Counted from the first letter of the stretch, positions 28,820 through 39,126 are shown. The stretch: 64,000 nt of DNA from Arenicellales bacterium (GCA_963663315.1 OY760176.1:69822-133821), one strand, 5' to 3'. A program made the numbers and translations. The notes: a model not told the origin generated them from the letters alone.

Positions 28820-30194
28820 GAGCTATTGTCAAAAGTTGTGTATGGGCTGATCATGCGGCGGCGCGATCCTGGCGTTCTCCATCTACGAATTTGACGCCGC
28901 GAATGATCTCGGCGAGATGGTTCGATCCATCGAGTTTTCTCCATTTTCTCTGAGCGCACTGGCATAGTTTGAAGACCATGGCCATCGCCGTCTTGCGCGA
29001 CAGGCAGCCCTTGGTCCGGTAGGTGCGCAGACGAACCGTGGCGAACGTGCTCTCGATGGGGTTGGTCGTGCGTACATGCTTCCAGTGCTCGGCGGGGAAG
29101 TCGTAGAACGTCAGCAGGACGTCGCGGTCCTTGGCCAGGCAGGCCGCGGCCTTGTCGTACTTCGGCCCGTAGGCTTCCAGGAAGAAGTCGAAGGCGCTCT
29201 CGGCATCCTTCCTGGTTTCGGCCATCCAGATGTCTTGCAGGCGCCCCTTGGCTTTCTTTTGCAGACCCTTGGGCAGCTTGTTCAAGACGTTGCCCGTCTT
29301 GTGAACCCAGCAGCGTTGCTCGCGGGCGCCTGGGTAGACTTGGCGGAGCGCCTTCCAGAAGCCGAGCGCGCCGTCGCCGAGCGCCAGTTGCGGACCCATT
29401 TCAAGGCCGCGCCGCTTGAGATCGAGCAGAACTTCGAGCCAGGACTGCTCACTTTCGCGATAGCCGTCGGCGATGGCGATCAGTTCCTTCTGTCCCTTGT
29501 CCGTGGCCCCGACGATCACCAGGATGCACTGCTTCTCTTCCTCCATGCGGGCGCTGAAATAGATGCCGTCCACCCAGAAATAGACGTAGCGCTTGGCCGT
29601 GAGGTCGCGCCGTTGCCAGCGCTCCGCCTCAACCCCCCAGACCTCTTTCAGCCGGGTGATCGTGGAGGCCGAAAGCCCCGGCGCGGAGCTCCCCAGGAGC
29701 GCCGCCAAGGCTTCCCCGAAGTCGCCGGTGGAAATGCCCTTCAGATACAGCCATGGCAAAAGGTCTTCCAGGCTCTTGGCGCGGCGCAGATAGCGCGGCA
29801 GGATCGCCGACGTGAAGCGGATGGCGCCGTCCCCCCGGTCCCGCACACGGGGTTGGCGCACGCTCACCGGGCCGATCCCGGTCTGGATGAAGCGTTCCGG
29901 CAGATATCCATTGCGGACAACCCGGCGGCGGCCGGCGGCGTCAACAAGCGCCGCATGGCTACCCAAAAACACGGAGACCTCGGCCTCAACGGCTTGGGCC
30001 AACAACTCGCGAGCTCCAGCTTGTAGGACTTCCGTCAACGTATCTTTCTGAAAATCAGATGGGTTTTGAAAAGCAACAACGGTATTCTCTTTCATGGCGT
30101 ATCCTTCCTTGGCTTAGCTCAAGTGGTGACATCAACAATCACCAGGATACGCCGCCTTCATTTCAACGCCGTACACAAGATTCGGTTATAGCTC
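28820..30194 (-). mobile_element. IS256-family insertion sequence with a 9-bp target-site duplication
   Basis: 1375 bp. Imperfect terminal IRs GAGCTAT.... Flanked by CCGGCGGAG at 28811-28819 and at 30195-30203. Confidence 0.9.
28851..30095 (-). CDS. IS256-family (mutator-type) transposase
   Basis: 414 aa. YVYFWVDGIY, GDGALGF and QRCWVHKTGNVLNK blocks typical of IS256 transposases. Confidence 0.9.
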   Translation of the reverse strand: MKENTVVAFQNPSDFQKDTLTEVLQAGARELLAQAVEAEVSVFLGSHAALVDAAGRRRVVRNGYLPERFIQTGIGPVSVRQPRVRDRGDGAIRFTSAILPRYLRRAKSLEDLLPWLYLKGISTGDFGEALAALLGSSAPGLSASTITRLKEVWGVEAERWQRRDLTAKRYVYFWVDGIYFSARMEEEKQCILVIVGATDKGQKELIAIADGYRESEQSWLEVLLDLKRRGLEMGPQLALGDGALGFWKALRQVYPGAREQRCWVHKTGNVLNKLPKGLQKKAKGRLQDIWMAETRKDAESAFDFFLEAYGPKYDKAAACLAKDRDVLLTFYDFPAEHWKHVRTTNPIESTFATVRLRTYRTKGCLSRKTAMAMVFKLCQCAQRKWRKLDGSNHLAEIIRGVKFVDGERQDRAAA

Positions 30195-31198
30195 CCGGCG
30201 GAGACGACCGAAGCATTCTGCGATGGCCACAACGCGGCGTTTGCCTTCTTCGGCGGCGTCCCCCGATCCATCCTGTACGACAACACCAAGCTGGCGGTTG
30301 CCCGGATCCTGGGCGATGGGAAGCGGCAGCGAACGCGCGTCTTCACGGAGCTTCAGTCCCACTATCTGTTCGAGGACAGGTTCGGCCGGCCGGGCAAGGG
30401 CAACGACAAGGGCAAGGTCGAGGGACTGGTCGGCTTCATCCGGCGGAACTTCCTGGTCCCCGTCCCGCGTGCCGAGAGCTTCGCGGCCCTCAACGATGCT
30501 CTCGCCGAACAGTGCCGCCGGCGCCAGGCGGCGCGGCTGCGGGGCCACAAGGAGACCATCGGCGAGCGTCTCGAGCGGGATCGTCAAGTTCTCTTGCCAT
30601 TGCCGCCTGCTCCCTATGATGCCTGCGATAAGCGCCCTGGACGGGCGAGTTCGCTGTCGCTGGTGCGTTACCGCAGCAACGACTATTCCGTGCCCGTGGC
30701 CTACGGCCACCGTGAGGTGCTCATCCGGGGCTACGTCGATGAGGTGGTGATCAGCTGCGGGGCCGAGGTGATCGCCCGGCACCGCCGGTCCTACGACAGC
30801 GAGGACCTGATCTTCGACCCGCTGCATTACCTGCCCTTGATCGAGCAGAAGATCGGCGCCCTCGACCAGGCCGCGCCATTGGCGGGCTGGGACCTGCCCG
30901 AGGCCTTCATCACTCTGCGGCGGCTCCTCGAAGCTCGTATGGGCAAGGCAGGCAAGCGCGAGTACGTCCAGGTGCTCCGTCTACTGGAGACCTTCCGGCT
31001 CGAGGAGGTCGAGGGTGCGGTCGGCGACGCCCTGCGGCTCGGCGCAATCGGCTTTGATGCGGTGAAGCACCTGGTACTGTGCCGCATCGAGCGGCGGCCG
31101 CCCAGGCTCAACCTCGACGTCTATCCGTATCTGCCGCGCGCCCGGGTCGCGATGACGTCCGCCAAGTCGTACATGAGCCTGCTGTCGGGGCTCGGCGC

Positions 31199-31963
31199 AT
31201 GACCGACACACCGCAAGTGCTGCTCGCCCACCACCTCAAGACGCTGAAGCTGCCGACCTTCCTGCGCGAGTACGACAAGATCGCCCGGCAGTGCGCCTCG
31301 GAAGGCGTCGATCACGTCCGCTACCTGTTGAGACTCGCCGAGCTCGAGCTGATCGACCGCGAGCGCCGCATGGTCGAGCGGCGCATCAAGGCGGCGCGCT
31401 TCCCCGTGGTCAAGAGCCTCGACAGCTTCGACTTCAAGGTCATCCCCTCGCTCAACAAGGCGCTGGTCCTGGAGCTGGCCCGCTGCGAGTACATCGAGCG
31501 CCGCGAGAACCTCATCGCGCTCGGCAACAGTGGGACCGGCAAGACCCACATCGCCCTCGGTCTCGGCCTGGCGGCCTGCCAGAAGGGCCTCTCGGTCGGC
31601 TTCATCACCGCCGCCGCGCTGGTCCACGAACTCATCGAGGCCCGCGATGACAAGCAGCTGCTGAGGTTCCAGAAGAAGCTCGCCACCTACAAGCTTCTGA
31701 TCGTCGACGAACTCGGCTTCGTGCCGCTGTCGAAGACCGGCGCCGAGCTGTTGTTCGAGGTGTTCAGCCAACGCTACGAGCGGGGCTCGACCCTGGTCAC
31801 CACCAATCTGCCCTTCGACGAATGGACCGAGGTGTTCGGCTCCGAGCGCCTCACCGGCGCGCTCCTCGATCGCCTCACCCACCACGTCAACATCCTCGAG
31901 ATGAACGGTGACAGCTACAGGCTCAACCAGAGCCGCAGGCGTCAAACCCCGACTGCTAACTGA
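31199..31963 (+). CDS. istB: IS21-family helper ATPase IstB
   Basis: 254 aa from the ATG that overlaps the istA stop. Walker A GNSGTGKTH and Walker B LLIVDELG. Confidence 0.92.
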   Translation: MTDTPQVLLAHHLKTLKLPTFLREYDKIARQCASEGVDHVRYLLRLAELELIDRERRMVERRIKAARFPVVKSLDSFDFKVIPSLNKALVLELARCEYIERRENLIALGNSGTGKTHIALGLGLAACQKGLSVGFITAAALVHELIEARDDKQLLRFQKKLATYKLLIVDELGFVPLSKTGAELLFEVFSQRYERGSTLVTTNLPFDEWTEVFGSERLTGALLDRLTHHVNILEMNGDSYRLNQSRRRQTPTAN

Positions 31964-32004
31964 ACTGAATCGCCCCGGGAATTCCGGAGACTCGGTTGTT
32001 TGAG

Positions 32005-33224
<1,220 letters not shown>

Positions 33225-33281
33225 TACTCCATCCTCTCAAGAAATGGAGCCTCCGACAAACCCGGGCGATTCACCATCGAT

Positions 33282-34163
33282 ATGCGGGAACTGAAAGGCG
33301 TTCGCAAGGATTTCGAGGAAGTACACCACATGACGTTCGGCGGCAATCCACCACCGCCGCACTCCGACGACAGGAAGAAGCCGGTCGAGTTGTCCGTCGC
33401 CGAGGCGGAACTCGCGCATGACATCATAGTGGATTGGGTGTGGCGTCTGGCTCCCAGGAAGTCACGTCGTCTCAACGTCCTTCTCTGGCATATGAAAAGA
33501 CTTCGCAGGGCAACGCTTCGTGCGTTTCCCGCATACGCTGATGCGCTGGAGACGGCAGCTACGGTAAGCGGAGCCTCCAACGCCAAGGACGTCGGAAATT
33601 GGCTTCACAACCTCCCCAATCGCGTCGTGAAAGCCATGGCGGCGTGCATGACGGACATGGAGAGGAACTTCGCCGCCAGGGGCGTCTTCGCATGTATCGA
33701 AGCGCGCATCGAAAGGCCGCACGACATAACCGCAGTGTTCGACTGGAGCTTTCAGAATCGGTGGGAATCCGACGATCGCGAGCCGCAGCATCCGGCCCCG
33801 GCCTACGCGCGGACTCTCGGCAGCCGCAGCTTCCGGAGGAAGATGGAAGTTATCCTCGGACAGGACATCGCGATGGAGGTCATTTCCGTATACGACGACG
33901 CTATCTCCGCCCGAAGGCTGCGGTCGCGCGTTGCCGCCGCCTGCCGCGAGCATGGAGCGGCTCTGCCTGAATCGGCAGAGGACATGGCGGCTGTCGTGGA
34001 GAACCACCCCTATTTCACGTCCCTCGGATCTCCCCGAATCCCAAAGTATCGGAAGATGGACAAGCACGAGATGTTCCGGCAGGCGGTCGAGGACGCAGTT
34101 GCCAGCGTCCTATGTCAGGAGATTGAACCCCAAACCGAGGGGGATGCCTCGACCCCCGGATAG
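33282..34163 (+). CDS. Hypothetical protein
   Basis: 293 aa counted from the first ATG after the IS end. The track ORF start at 33156 lies inside the IS. I recognise no motif. It may itself be 5'-truncated. Confidence 0.4.
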   Translation: MRELKGVRKDFEEVHHMTFGGNPPPPHSDDRKKPVELSVAEAELAHDIIVDWVWRLAPRKSRRLNVLLWHMKRLRRATLRAFPAYADALETAATVSGASNAKDVGNWLHNLPNRVVKAMAACMTDMERNFAARGVFACIEARIERPHDITAVFDWSFQNRWESDDREPQHPAPAYARTLGSRSFRRKMEVILGQDIAMEVISVYDDAISARRLRSRVAAACREHGAALPESAEDMAAVVENHPYFTSLGSPRIPKYRKMDKHEMFRQAVEDAVASVLCQEIEPQTEGDASTPG

Positions 34164-34281
34164 CGCCTGGTGCTAGGTTCGACAGACAAGGGGAGACAAC
34201 ATGTGCTACTTCGGGTGCGGGCGAAACGCACGCACGCCCCCGACGCCTGACCAGAACGAAGTAGGGGGTGACAACGGGGGC

Positions 34282-34407
34282 TTAATTGTTCTCCAGGCCA
34301 ATGATGGATGCGATGAACGGCCCGACCCTCTCGGAGGCGGCCTCGATGTCGTGGTCTGCGAGATTGTCGTTCAGCGCCCAACCTTGACCCCACTCGATCC
34401 AGTCAAA
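34282..34407 (-). pseudogene. C-terminal relic of a type-2-like tyrosine integrase
   Basis: My own translation gives ...NDNLADHDIEAASERVGPFIASIIGLENN*. This aligns with YAHVSDRDVEAAAERIGGVMAGIMD at the end of 34918..36093. Confidence 0.4.
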
Positions 34408-34450
34408 TCAATAAGTTACGGTGCCGATCGGCGCGCAATCTACGCGCCAA

Positions 34451-34774
34451 TCAACAGTCTCTGTCGACGAAGAGCCGTAGCTGCTGGTCTTTGATGCGGT
34501 TCTCCATCTCGCCGCGGGCGCAGTACAGACGTTCGTGGAGTACGGCCTCTCCTGGCGTCTGGTGCTAACCCAGCGGGGCGCCAATGCAGTTGATCTCGGC
34601 ATCGAGGCGACGGCGCTCGAGCGCGCAATCGACGACGCAGCGCCCGGGCACGCCCTCGGCTCTCGGGTGGCCGCGCGCTTGTGAGGTCCCCGGGAACGGC
34701 ACCTTCCACCATGACGTTGTGGCGCTCCGCGCTTCGCCGATGCCTTGCGGCCGCTCCCGTAAGCCGACGACCAC
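34451..34774 (-). pseudogene. DDE transposase relic (IS1380-family-like)
   Basis: My own translation gives HQTPGEAVLHERLYCARGEMENRIKDQQLRLFVDRDC*, preceded by an in-frame TAG. I associate the LYCARGEMENRIK motif with IS1380-family transposases, from memory. Confidence 0.4.
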
Positions 34775-34917
34775 GAATTCCCCCCTGCCGCGACGCCCGG
34801 CCGTGCAATGTCGGCAATCCGGCCTTCGCCGATCCGGCGGTCAGCGCACAAGGCATTGCACCGGTCCCTCCAAGGTCCAAAGACCCTGATAATGCCGTCG
34901 ATTTCAGACGGCAGTTT

Positions 34918-36093
34918 TCATGGCGTGGGCTCCGGCCGAAAGCACGGTCTGTCCATGATTCCCGCCATTACCCCGCCGATGCGCTCGGCGGCGGCCTCGA
35001 CGTCCCGGTCGCTGACGTGCGCGTAGCGCAGCGTCATTTGCACCTGGGCGTGGCCGAGCAGACGCGCCACCACCGGCAGCGGAATGCCCTGCATCGCTGC
35101 TTGGCTGGCAAATGTATGCCTGAGGTCGTGAAGGCGCACATCTTCGATACCGGCCAGCTTCCGCACCCTTTTCCACAAGCTGAGATCCGTGCGCGCCCGC
35201 GCCGGATTCATCGGTGAGGGAAACACCCAGGGGCTCCCCGGCCGCGGCTGCCGTTCGATAATGGCGCGCGCCTCGGGGCTCAACAGCACCTGTCTCGGGC
35301 CGGTCTTGCTGTCCTCTAGCTCGAGGGTGTCGCCATCCACTTCCCGCCACCGCAGCTTCACCATTTCGCCCACGCGGCAACCCGTCAGCAACAACAGCCG
35401 AATGATGTCCGCCTGTGCCTTGCCTGAAGGCTGCCTGGGTTCGTACCCGTCCAGCACCTCATGGAGACGGCCGATTTCCTCGCGCGATAGGAAGCGGGTG
35501 AGCTTGGGGCGCGGATTCCTCTTTAGGCCCCGGGTCGGGTTGGTTTCGATGTGGCCCCGGGCAATCGCGTGATTCATGATCTGCCGGAATACGAGCAGCG
35601 CCGAGTTCGCCCCCCCGGGTGCTGTCGCGCTGTACCCCTCGAACCATCGGATGACACCTGGCCTGTCGATCTTGTCAAGCGGCAAGTCGCCAAAAAGGGG
35701 TAGAAGCTGATTGTTCAAAGCCCAGTCTTTTGATGTCTTTGTCGATGGTTTACAGGGCTCATAACACGCCGCTCTCCACGACCCCGCGACAAAGTCCCGG
35801 AACAGTGGAGCCTGCGCGTCGTCGGCGCCTTCCGCCCGCCCACCCGACTGCATTATTCCCCAGACCTCCATGCAGTCGCGCCGGGCCTCGTCGACGCTCC
35901 CGAGCGCTACCTGCCCAAGCGTGAACCTCCGGGATTGGCCTTCGGCATAACGATGATACACGTAGCTCTTGTGCCCCGTCGGCCTGATCCGGACCCCGAA
36001 CCCCAAGATACGGGTGTCCCAAACCGTGTATTCGACATCCCCGGCTCTGAGCTTGCCGATCCTCGCATCGGTCAGCTTGATCCTCCTTGCCAT
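34918..36093 (-). CDS. Tyrosine recombinase/integrase, type 2 (intact)
   Basis: 391 aa. N-terminus KLTDARIGKLRAGDVEYTVWDTRILGFGVRI. Catalytic LLLLTGCRVGE, HDLRHTFAS and RYAH. Confidence 0.92.
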   Translation of the reverse strand: MARRIKLTDARIGKLRAGDVEYTVWDTRILGFGVRIRPTGHKSYVYHRYAEGQSRRFTLGQVALGSVDEARRDCMEVWGIMQSGGRAEGADDAQAPLFRDFVAGSWRAACYEPCKPSTKTSKDWALNNQLLPLFGDLPLDKIDRPGVIRWFEGYSATAPGGANSALLVFRQIMNHAIARGHIETNPTRGLKRNPRPKLTRFLSREEIGRLHEVLDGYEPRQPSGKAQADIIRLLLLTGCRVGEMVKLRWREVDGDTLELEDSKTGPRQVLLSPEARAIIERQPRPGSPWVFPSPMNPARARTDLSLWKRVRKLAGIEDVRLHDLRHTFASQAAMQGIPLPVVARLLGHAQVQMTLRYAHVSDRDVEAAAERIGGVMAGIMDRPCFRPEPTP

Positions 36094-36096
36094 GGC

Positions 36097-37221
36097 TCAT
36101 GCCCTCCGCAGGACCGACGAGACGGCATCGACCGCCTCACGGGCCGCCGCATCGGCGAAGTTGGTGTATTTGAGCGTGGTTCCCGGATGGTCGTGCCCCA
36201 GCAACCGGCCTATGGTCAGCACAGTTTCGCCATGCATGAGGGCAATGCTGGCGTAGGTGTGCCGCAGATCGTGCGGCCGGACATCCCGAAGGCCGGCTTC
36301 CGTCCGCACGTCCTGCCAGAAATCGGTGATTCCCGAGAGATGGTCCAAGTTCCGCCAATGCGAGGGAAAGACCCATGCGCTTTTCCTCGGCAGCCGGTCC
36401 AGGACCTCCCGCGCGGCAGACGACAGCCAGACCGTGCGTGGCCCGCTCTTGCTATCCCGAAGGAAGAGCTTGCCTTCCCGGTAATCCCGCCATTTAAGGG
36501 TCAGAAGTTCGCCCTTGCGGCACCCCGTCAGTAACAGCAGCCGGATAACGGCCGCCTGGAACGGACGCGCTTCGTCATACCGGTTCAGAACCTCGACGAC
36601 GCGGCGGATATCCTCCGGCGACAGGAAGCGTTCCCGCGCGCGGCGGCGGTAACGCTTGATACCTTTGCAAGGGTTACTGTCCTCCGGTCGGTATCCGTAT
36701 ACCTCGGCCTGCCGCAGAATGACCGATAGCACCGGCAGCGAACGGTTAGCCGAGGCCGGCTTCGCGTGAAGGGACTCGAACCATTCCAGCACCTCCCGCC
36801 GCGAAATACCGGCGACCGGCCGACCCGCGAACGATGGCAGAATATTATTCTGGTAGTAGTTCAGGTTGACGGCAAGCGTGCGCGGTTTCCAGTGCCTCCG
36901 GTAATAGGAGAACACCTCGTCGGCGACAGCCTCGAAAGCGATATCCGCCGGTAGATCGGGGACACTCTCCCGCCCTTTCTTGATGCCTGCCAACAACGAC
37001 CGTGCTTGCAACCGGGCCTCGGCCTCGGACATGGCATCGGCATCGCCGATCTTTGTCCAGCGGCGTTGTCCTTCGTGTTGCGTTTGCAGGAAGTAGCTTT
37101 TCTTGCCCGAAGGCAGGGTCCTGATCCCGAAGCCTTTAAGGTCGGTATCGCGGATGTCGTAGGCTGAGTTTCGCGGCTTTAGTCGGTCGACACGTGACTG
37201 GTTTAGGGGAAGATTCCGCAT
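36097..37221 (-). CDS. Tyrosine recombinase/integrase, type 1 (intact)
   Basis: 374 aa from MRNLPLNQSRVDRLKPRNSAYDIRDTDLKGFGIRT. The start was chosen by homology to 16087 and by the conserved GGAGAAAAGACC leader. The track start at 37248 adds 9 codons. Catalytic LLLLTGCRKGE, HDLRHTYAS and LKYT. Confidence 0.9.
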   Translation of the reverse strand: MRNLPLNQSRVDRLKPRNSAYDIRDTDLKGFGIRTLPSGKKSYFLQTQHEGQRRWTKIGDADAMSEAEARLQARSLLAGIKKGRESVPDLPADIAFEAVADEVFSYYRRHWKPRTLAVNLNYYQNNILPSFAGRPVAGISRREVLEWFESLHAKPASANRSLPVLSVILRQAEVYGYRPEDSNPCKGIKRYRRRARERFLSPEDIRRVVEVLNRYDEARPFQAAVIRLLLLTGCRKGELLTLKWRDYREGKLFLRDSKSGPRTVWLSSAAREVLDRLPRKSAWVFPSHWRNLDHLSGITDFWQDVRTEAGLRDVRPHDLRHTYASIALMHGETVLTIGRLLGHDHPGTTLKYTNFADAAAREAVDAVSSVLRRA

Positions 37222-37552
37222 GGTCTTTTCTCCGGTTTCGAGTTGCAACCGGGGCAGGTTTTGGGTGCATGCCCCGAGAAGAACCAGAGAAAAAACGGTG
37301 TTTAATGGTTAGTTTTGCTTGGATTTTACTGTGCACATTCTGTGCAGAGGTGTGAGAAGGTTATTATTACTTGATACGTTTCGCGAGAGGATATAGACTG
37401 CATAATCGGAGATCAAGGGGAATTTGGCCCTGCCTTGGAACGGGGCGGGACATTTGTAATTGACCGGTCGAAGGGTGGAATTGATCGGCTGTCGGGCCAA
37501 TGGCAGAATTCGGGCCTGATTGCGAATTCTGGAAACAGCGGGGAGATGGACG

Positions 37553-37855
37553 ATGCCGGCGAAACGCTTCAACGAAGCGGATATCGACTTCGATGCCATA
37601 GACGGTGAGTTGGCGAAACTTGTGCCGCCTAAGCTGAGCCTGACGGATGTGCTGGACCGTTTGCGGAAGCGATTGGTCGAGCAACAGGCGAAGGGCGTTA
37701 CGGTGGCTCAGATGCATGAAGTGTTGAAATCGGGCGGCATCGATATCACGGAGCGCAGTCTGCGGACGTTTCTGACCAAGGGCGTGTTGCCGGGAAGGAA
37801 AGTTGCCGAGGCTGCGAGGGCCATGGTGTCGGAAGAAGGCAGTGATCCGTTCTGA
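37553..37855 (+). CDS. Small hypothetical protein (100 aa)
   Basis: ATG at 37553 with GGGGAGA 7 nt upstream, preceded by a perfect 9-bp inverted repeat. I recognise no family. Confidence 0.45.
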   Translation: MPAKRFNEADIDFDAIDGELAKLVPPKLSLTDVLDRLRKRLVEQQAKGVTVAQMHEVLKSGGIDITERSLRTFLTKGVLPGRKVAEAARAMVSEEGSDPF

Positions 37856-38138
37856 GCCGAACGAGGGTGCATGTGGGTTCGCAAAGCAAGGAAGCAGCGT
37901 TCGAAGAACGGCGGTCCGTCATCGTGGTTTAAGGGGTGCGGATAATGAAGTTGCAATGGGGGATGGCCGGGCTCTAGCGTGGCGCGTCAGCGCCCGCGTA
38001 CGGCGATGGCGCGAAGCGCCGAGCCGATAGGCGGCGATGCATCGTTCGAAGAACGAGGAGCCGCCAGCGAGCGTAAGCTCGCACAGTTGGCGATGGCGCG
38101 AAGCGCCCCGCCATGGACTTCGTCTTTAGCAAACCGGC

Positions 38139-38183
38139 AAAAAAAGGGACCGGTCCCGCGCCGAGTAGTGGCGGGGACCGGCC
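38139..38183 (-). terminator. Rho-independent terminator of the DUF2493 gene
   Basis: On the minus strand, a GC-rich stem (GGTCCCCGCC...GGCGCGGGACC) is followed by TTTTTTT (the A7 run at 38139-38145 on plus). It lies 14 nt after the stop. Confidence 0.7.
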
Positions 38184-38196
38184 CTGAAGGGTATCG

Positions 38197-39126
38197 CTAC
38201 GCGGCGGCAAGCAGGACGGGGATTCCGATCTTGCGTGCCTTATCGACTAGATTGTTGGTGATGCCAGAACCGGGAAAGGCGAGGACGCCCTTCGGCAGGA
38301 AGTTCAGCAGTACGTCGTTGCGCCGGAAGGGCGCGGCCTTGCCGTCTCTATCCCAGTTCGGCTTGCAGACGACCTGGTGGACGCCGTTCTTCTCCGCCCA
38401 GCTTGCCGCGATCTTCTCCGCACCAGGTCCGCCGCCGTGCAGCAGGACCATATCGTCGTACTTAATCTTGATGCTGTCCAGCGAGCGCCAGATGGCGGTG
38501 ACGTCGGCAAAGTCCTTGCCGCCGGTGAAGGCGACCAGGGTGCCTTCGGGCAGATGCGCGGTGGTTTCGCGGTCTTTGCGGGCGCGCAGGTAGTCGCGGG
38601 CGTCGATGGCGGCCGAGGTGAGTTTGCCGGTCTGGCTGCTGTGCGACCCGTTGCGCGGGCGCCAGGTATCGCCGGTCTCGGTGCGGTATCCCTCGGCGGC
38701 GAGGTCGCGCATGGCCTCGAAGGCATCGCGGCGGTCGCCGAGGTTCTGGACCCGGTCGGTCAGGAGTTCCAGTTCGCGCGACTTGATCTCGGAGCCGTCC
38801 TGCTCTTGGCCGAGGTCTTTCATCTCGGGCGCGATCTTGTCGATGCCGCGGTCGAGGCGCTGGACCTGGGCGTGCAGCGTATTCACGAAGCCCCAGAGCA
38901 GGCTCTCCCGTTCGTCGGCGAGTTGCGTGCCGTCCGGTGCGACGGCGCCGGCCAGGATGTGGATCGCTTCCTCGATCCCGGCAAGCGTCTCTTCCTCGTT
39001 CCAGATCTCGCGATTGTCGAACTCGTCGGGACCAGGGGTCGCGCCGAACAGGGCGGCCTGCTCGCAAGCCATTGCGGTCTGTGACGACGTTTCGGTGCTG
39101 ATGAGGTTCTGCATGATTCTCTCCAT
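38197..39126 (-). CDS. DUF2493 / SLOG-domain protein with a long helical N-terminal region (ICE/plasmid-type)
   Basis: The C-terminal block VAFTGGKDF...VLLHGGGPGAEKIAASWAEKNGV...KPNWDRDGKAAPFRRND...AFPGSGIT matches my memory of DUF2493. I prefer the start MERIMQ at 39126, which has GGAGGA upstream. Confidence 0.7.
   Translation of the reverse strand: MERIMQNLISTETSSQTAMACEQAALFGATPGPDEFDNREIWNEEETLAGIEEAIHILAGAVAPDGTQLADERESLLWGFVNTLHAQVQRLDRGIDKIAPEMKDLGQEQDGSEIKSRELELLTDRVQNLGDRRDAFEAMRDLAAEGYRTETGDTWRPRNGSHSSQTGKLTSAAIDARDYLRARKDRETTAHLPEGTLVAFTGGKDFADVTAIWRSLDSIKIKYDDMVLLHGGGPGAEKIAASWAEKNGVHQVVCKPNWDRDGKAAPFRRNDVLLNFLPKGVLAFPGSGITNNLVDKARKIGIPVLLAAA

Larger units (their letters stand above)
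28319..31202 (+). pseudogene. istA: IS21-family transposase IstA, split by an IS256-family insertion
   Basis: The N-terminal part ends ...AAYPAE and the C-terminal part resumes PAETTEAFCDGH... after the 9-bp duplication. Reading across the insertion restores one frame (HTH plus DDE, ILYDNTK...). Confidence 0.88.
28265..31965 (+). mobile_element. IS21-family element, interrupted by IS256 and lacking its right end
   Basis: istA and istB have an ATGA overlap. The left end is unmapped, somewhere in 28184-28318. IS3 copy B starts 2 bp after the istB stop. Confidence 0.8.

Noticed and set aside
29076-30026. 316-aa plus-strand ORF inside the IS256-family element
   Set aside because: It is antisense to the clearly recognisable mutator-type transposase, and its translation is composition-biased.
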